Positions 59,539 to 64,000 of a DNA stretch of 64,000 nucleotides are shown here, in pieces. Origin of the DNA: Euglena gracilis (Eukaryota); NCBI GenBank assembly GCA_039621445.1, contig CP154954.1:29273411-29337410 (forward strand), in the 5' to 3' direction. Each line of letters opens with the position of its first letter. The stretch's first letter is position 1. A model generated the notes under the pieces. That model searched no databases. It was not told the DNA's origin and saw nothing but the letters and a program-made list of their open reading frames with translations. The position numbers and the translations under genes are program-made.

Positions 59539-62500
59539 TGGGGGGGTCTGGGTCTTTTGGGGGGGGGGGGGGGGGGGGTTCTTTTTTTTTTTTTTTTTTT
59601 TTTTTTGGGGGGAACCAGGGCAGGTGGTTCTCTGCGTTTTTGGTTCACCGTTTCATCCCGTTCACGCTGTTTTTTGTTCAGGACCAGACTCACCCACTGG
59701 TCTTGTTGCTTCATCCTTTCCAAGAACGCTGGGGCCCCTTCCGCTTCCCACGGTGGTTGGTATGGCAATCCCGCCAACGGTCTGTGCCTGGCAAACACAA
59801 TTTCGTACTGTGACAAACCGGTTTCACCTGGGACGTCGTGTAGGGCCCTCAAGGCTTTCGGTAGGAGTTCGACCCAGGGTACCCCTTTTTCAGCAGCCAG
59901 TTTTGCCAGTTTTCGGAGGACTTGTTGTACCAGCAACCTCAGCCCGTCCGTTGGCTTGGTGGTGGTATGCCTGCCCTTATGCCACACGAACCCCGTGGGC
60001 AGCACACAGTGTTTTCCACCAACCGGCTGTGAGGTGGGAGCCCCGGTCGGAGCTCACCACCGATGGTATCCCAAAAAGTCCCCACTGTTTGTACATTTCC
60101 TTTCCAACCTTTTCTGCTGTGAGTCCCTTGGCCAGGTGGGGGGTTGCAACCATCCACCCACTCAGCCTGTCCACACAACGCCAACGTGTCGTATTTTTTC
60201 CCTTCAAAGGTCGTTTCAGGAAGTGAGAGAACAAGTCGATGGCAGCACTGTCCATCAGGTATGCCGGAATCGGTGTCGGTTCAATGGGGCGCTTGTATGG
60301 TAGGTGGCTGGGTTCTGTTGCTTGGTAGGTTTCACACATGGTCATCATTTCGCCTGTCAGTTTTTTTGCATCCTGGTGGTCCGCAAACGCAAACCACCTT
60401 CCCATCTGGTCCCACAGTCGGGCTGACCCTGGGTGCCCGGCTGTTTTGTGATGTTCCCGAATTACGTTTCCAGTCAACCCAGTTTGGTACACACAGGAGA
60501 CCGTTTTTGTACTGCATGCCGTTGTCGAATCGGTACCCGCCAGGCCCGATTTTGAACCCCGTTTCCTTCAGGTTCTTGAGCACAGGTCCCCACCTTGGCC
60601 ACCTTTCGTACTCGTTCTTCCATTCCCTGTCATCACCCCTTTCGATTCCCCCTGTTGAAGCTCCGGGGCGTGCACTCCCCTTGATGGAGGTACAACGGGT
60701 GTCCCCGTTGAGGATGACGCACCTTGCGCGTCCTGGTGTTTTGTTGAGTTTTTTGTTGTCAGGGGTTCCACAGGGGTTCTCTTCCAGGGGTCTTCGCCTT
60801 GGTGGGTCTTCCTCAGTGGATGGTCCCTCGGCCGTGTTTGGATTTTCTGGGGTTTTGTTTTTTGGTTGGTCTGGTCGGATCAGGTTTCCCGCCTCATCCG
60901 TGGTCTCCCTTGGGGTTGCCTCAGCCAGTTTTTTGCTTGGTTCCACCACAGTCGTTTCCTTCACAACCCATTTCTTTGTCGTTTTTGCAGGTTTTTGAGG
61001 TGTTTTTGATTTTTTGAGGGGTGTCACCATTTTTCCGTCGAACCATGCACTGTGGGCGTATCTTCACCCGTTTTGGCTCCCCCCCTTGTTGTGACGGCAA
61101 CAGTGACGGGTTCCTGAAGCTGTTTTAGTGCCTGTGCCAGGTCTGCACGTTGATCACCATACAAGTTTTCTGTTCCTTTTCCTCCTGTTTGATGATTTCT
61201 TTCATGAGTCGGTCGTCCTCCTCACTCCCGTGGATACTGACGTCGGCGAATGCCTGTGAGGCGGGGTAGGCCCACCTACTCAAGGCATCAGCGACCGTGT
61301 TGTCTTTGCCAGGTACGTATGCTACGGTTATGTCGAACCGCGAAAGCAGTTCGTGTCACCTAGCCCTACGTCCAGCTGGTCCACTGGGGGTGTCCAGCGC
61401 CTCCGTTGCCCATGCCTCAATGGACTTGTGGTCTGTCAACACCAGTACCGGTTGCATTCCTATCCAGGAAGCCCATTTTTGCAGGGCCAGGATCACTGCG
61501 TAGGTCTCCTTCTCCCTAGGAGACCACGAGCGGACCTGCCCAGGTGTCAGTTTTGTGAACAGAAAGCTACGGGTACTGTTTTTTTGGTCATGGCTGTTGT
61601 TGGGTCTGGTTTTTCTGCAGTGTCCTCCGCAAATTGTTCCAGAGCCGCACCTACGGCTCTGCCACTTGAATCCACCCTGAGTATGAACGGTTTGTCTGGG
61701 TTCACCGTTTGCAGTTTCAGGCTTCCGAGCAGTTTTTCTTTGATGGTCTGGAAGGCTGTTCTTTTTTTTTTTCACCGAAAAACACATGTGTCAGGCTCCC
61801 TTCTTTCCTTGTCCCTTTTTCACTTTCAGTTTTTCCATTAGGTCTGCAGCCAATTCCGCATTCCCTGGGACGTATGAGGCGTAGTAGTTTGTGAATCCCA
61901 GGAATGCCCGCAGGGCTGTGACCGTTTTGGGTTCCTCCCATTTTTCCAAGGCCATCAGTTTCCCAGGTGCAGGTTTTCGTTGTCCACCACCGAGCACGTG
62001 TCCACAGAATTCCACATCTTTCACGAAAAATTTGCATTTCTTGATGTCTGCCACGTGCTGCTGTTTTTTTCAGTGCCTCCATCACCCTTCTGATGTCCTT
62101 GTCGTGTTGTTTGAGGGTTTTGTCTTCAGTTCCCTGCCACATGGTTCCTACGATGATGTCGTCCACGTAGGGGTTTGCAATATCATGTACCTCCTCCAGG
62201 CTGTACTCGATCACCCTCTGGAAGATCGGTACACCGTTTTTCATTCCCATGACCACCACTCTCCACTGTTTTGTTCCCTTAGGTGTGCAGGTGTATGGTC
62301 TGGACTCCGTTCTCAGTGGCACCTGGTGGAAGGCGTCTTTTAGGTCCAGTACACTGTACATGGCCCGTTGTCCTTGTTGAACTAGGATGTCTTCTTTCCT
62401 AGGGAGTGGATGGGCGTCTGTGATTGTTGCCTCGTTCAGTGCTCTGAAATCCACCACCCCTCTCCATTTTTCACCTTTTTTGGCCACCACAAATGTGGGG

Positions 62501-64000
62501 CTGGACCAGTCACTACTTCCGTCTTCCACTTTCAGGTCCCTAACCCATTCGTCCACCATGTCGATGAGTGCTTGTCGGCGTTGTCCTGTCATGTGGATGG
62601 GTCTTTGCTTTTTCGCAACTGTTCCAGGTTTCAGTTCGATTTTCCCATAACCCAGTGGTCCGCGTTCTGGGGGGTCTGGGAAGATTTTGTCTCGCAAAAC
62701 CACTCCTTCATAATCCTGCTGCAGTTTTTTCACCAGTTCAGCCACCTTTTCGCCTTGTGTTTCCTGTCCTTCTGGCACCACCACAACACGGTGGACCCTG
62801 TCAGATTTCTTTTCCGATTTCTGAAATTGTTTTGCCAGTGTTTCGGGCGTTTTTTCGTCTTCGAACAGTTTTTCCTCCTCCTGGTCCGCTTCAGCAGGAA
62901 CCTGCAAATTCATTGCTCGAACCTCTGAAATGTTTTTCTGAAGTTGGTGTACTTTCCGTTCCCTGTGTTTTTGTTCCTTCAGCTGGTGCCAACTGGACAA
63001 CAGCCGCAGTGATTCACCTATGAGGGCCAATGATTGTAGGTGTGGGAAAACCCCCAGTTGGTGTTGTTCCATCCACATCCACGGATACCCGAGGATGGCA
63101 TCCACTTGGATGGCGGCGTCATGGAATGTTCCAATGGTGGACCATTCCTTGTTCTGTCCGTGTTGTGCACCCGTGATGAAAACTGCAGTTCCAGTGCGAC
63201 TTCGTGTAGTCCTTCTTCCATCCTTGTTCCGTCCGCTGTGATCAGGGCCAAGGGTTTTTGTGAACGTCTGAGATTTTGTTGTGGAATCAGGTTCCTTTTC
63301 ACCAGGTTTGCATGTGCTCCCGTGTCAATCAGGGCCTGTAGGAACATTTTTTTACCGTCCGGCAACACAGCACGGACTTCAATGAGGAGTTGTTTTGCTT
63401 TCTTTCTGCTGATGACCTGCCCCAGCAGGAGTTTGGACACCGGTTCACACAGTCGTTTTGGAAGCCGAATGTTTTGGTCTGGATCTGTTTTGTCAGTTGA
63501 ATCTGGGTTTGGCTGTTGACCTGCCAGTTTTGGGCTGGGCTGTGAGAGCATGTTTTGTCGTGCCGTCTGGGCAGGGCTGGGCTGCTGCAGCGGTTGTTGC
63601 TGTGCGGCCTGGGCTTGGCTGGTTTGCCGTAGCCGTTCGTGGAACCCCGCCAGGTCCTGAATCAGTTGTTCTGGGATCCTGAATTTTTTGAAGGCTGGAA
63701 TGTTGTGTTTGTTGCTGAGTTTTACCAGGTGACCACCACTGTTTGGGTCCAGGTTCTTGCACGTTTTCCCGTCACACCGTTTTGCTGGTACCTGCAGGAT
63801 GTCAGGGCTGCCCCAGATTCGTGTGGGTTTTTTGTAACCCCAGTCTGTGTATTGACAGTAATCCACGTCAATGTACGGGTACGGTTTCATGTAATCTTGT
63901 TTTCCCAGGTATCCATACCTTGGGTTTTCCAACCACCATTTCTGCGGCTGCAGAAAATCCACAATTTCCAGGGCTTTCTTTGCAAGACTGTTTCCCTTTT
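59034..64000 (-). mobile_element. Ty3/Gypsy chromovirus-type pol (frameshifted): C5-MTase-like domain, protease, RT, RNase H, integrase, chromodomain
   Basis: WWLENP..VDYCQY..GYKKPTRIW. Protease LIDTGA. RT WRGVVDFRALN, LDLKDAFHQ, YVDDII. RNase H EKETYA, LTDHKS. Integrase GHPG, SDRGSH. Chromodomain EWEVEKVLNHR. Confidence 0.92.

Noticed and set aside
59488-59606. Poly-Pro/poly-Lys insert in the integrase
   Set aside because: Pure G and T homopolymer runs, most likely low-quality sequence or slippage.

Overview
This is a repeat-saturated eukaryotic window: short GT-AG introns, TTAGGG-type tracts, no recognisable host gene. A protist is plausible, but the taxon cannot be fixed from the sequence. 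Almost everything is nested mobile DNA. The centrepiece is a tyrosine-recombinase (YR) retrotransposon at 6125-16166 with split direct repeats (A1...B1-A2...B2) and a GATC core at both ends. Removing two TSD-flanked LTR insertions restores one ~694-aa ORF: cold-shock domain, hydrophobic stretch, 2A-like motif, Dam-type N6-adenine methyltransferase, canonical 2A motif, tail. It is followed by Gag(CCHC), an AUG-less YR in frame behind the Gag UGA, and RT-RNase H in the +1 frame. One insertion is a 1-kb TRIM whose LTRs carry a tRNA-derived Pol III promoter. About 9.85 kb of this region is tandemly duplicated. Also present: two chromodomain Ty3/Gypsy elements (one with a C5 cytosine-methyltransferase-like domain before the protease); two fragments of a canonical-order DIRS family; hAT and Tc1/IS630-like transposase pseudogenes broken by MITEs; and several Helentron/DINE-1-like non-autonomous families with very long hairpins, one carrying a PHD-finger cassette.
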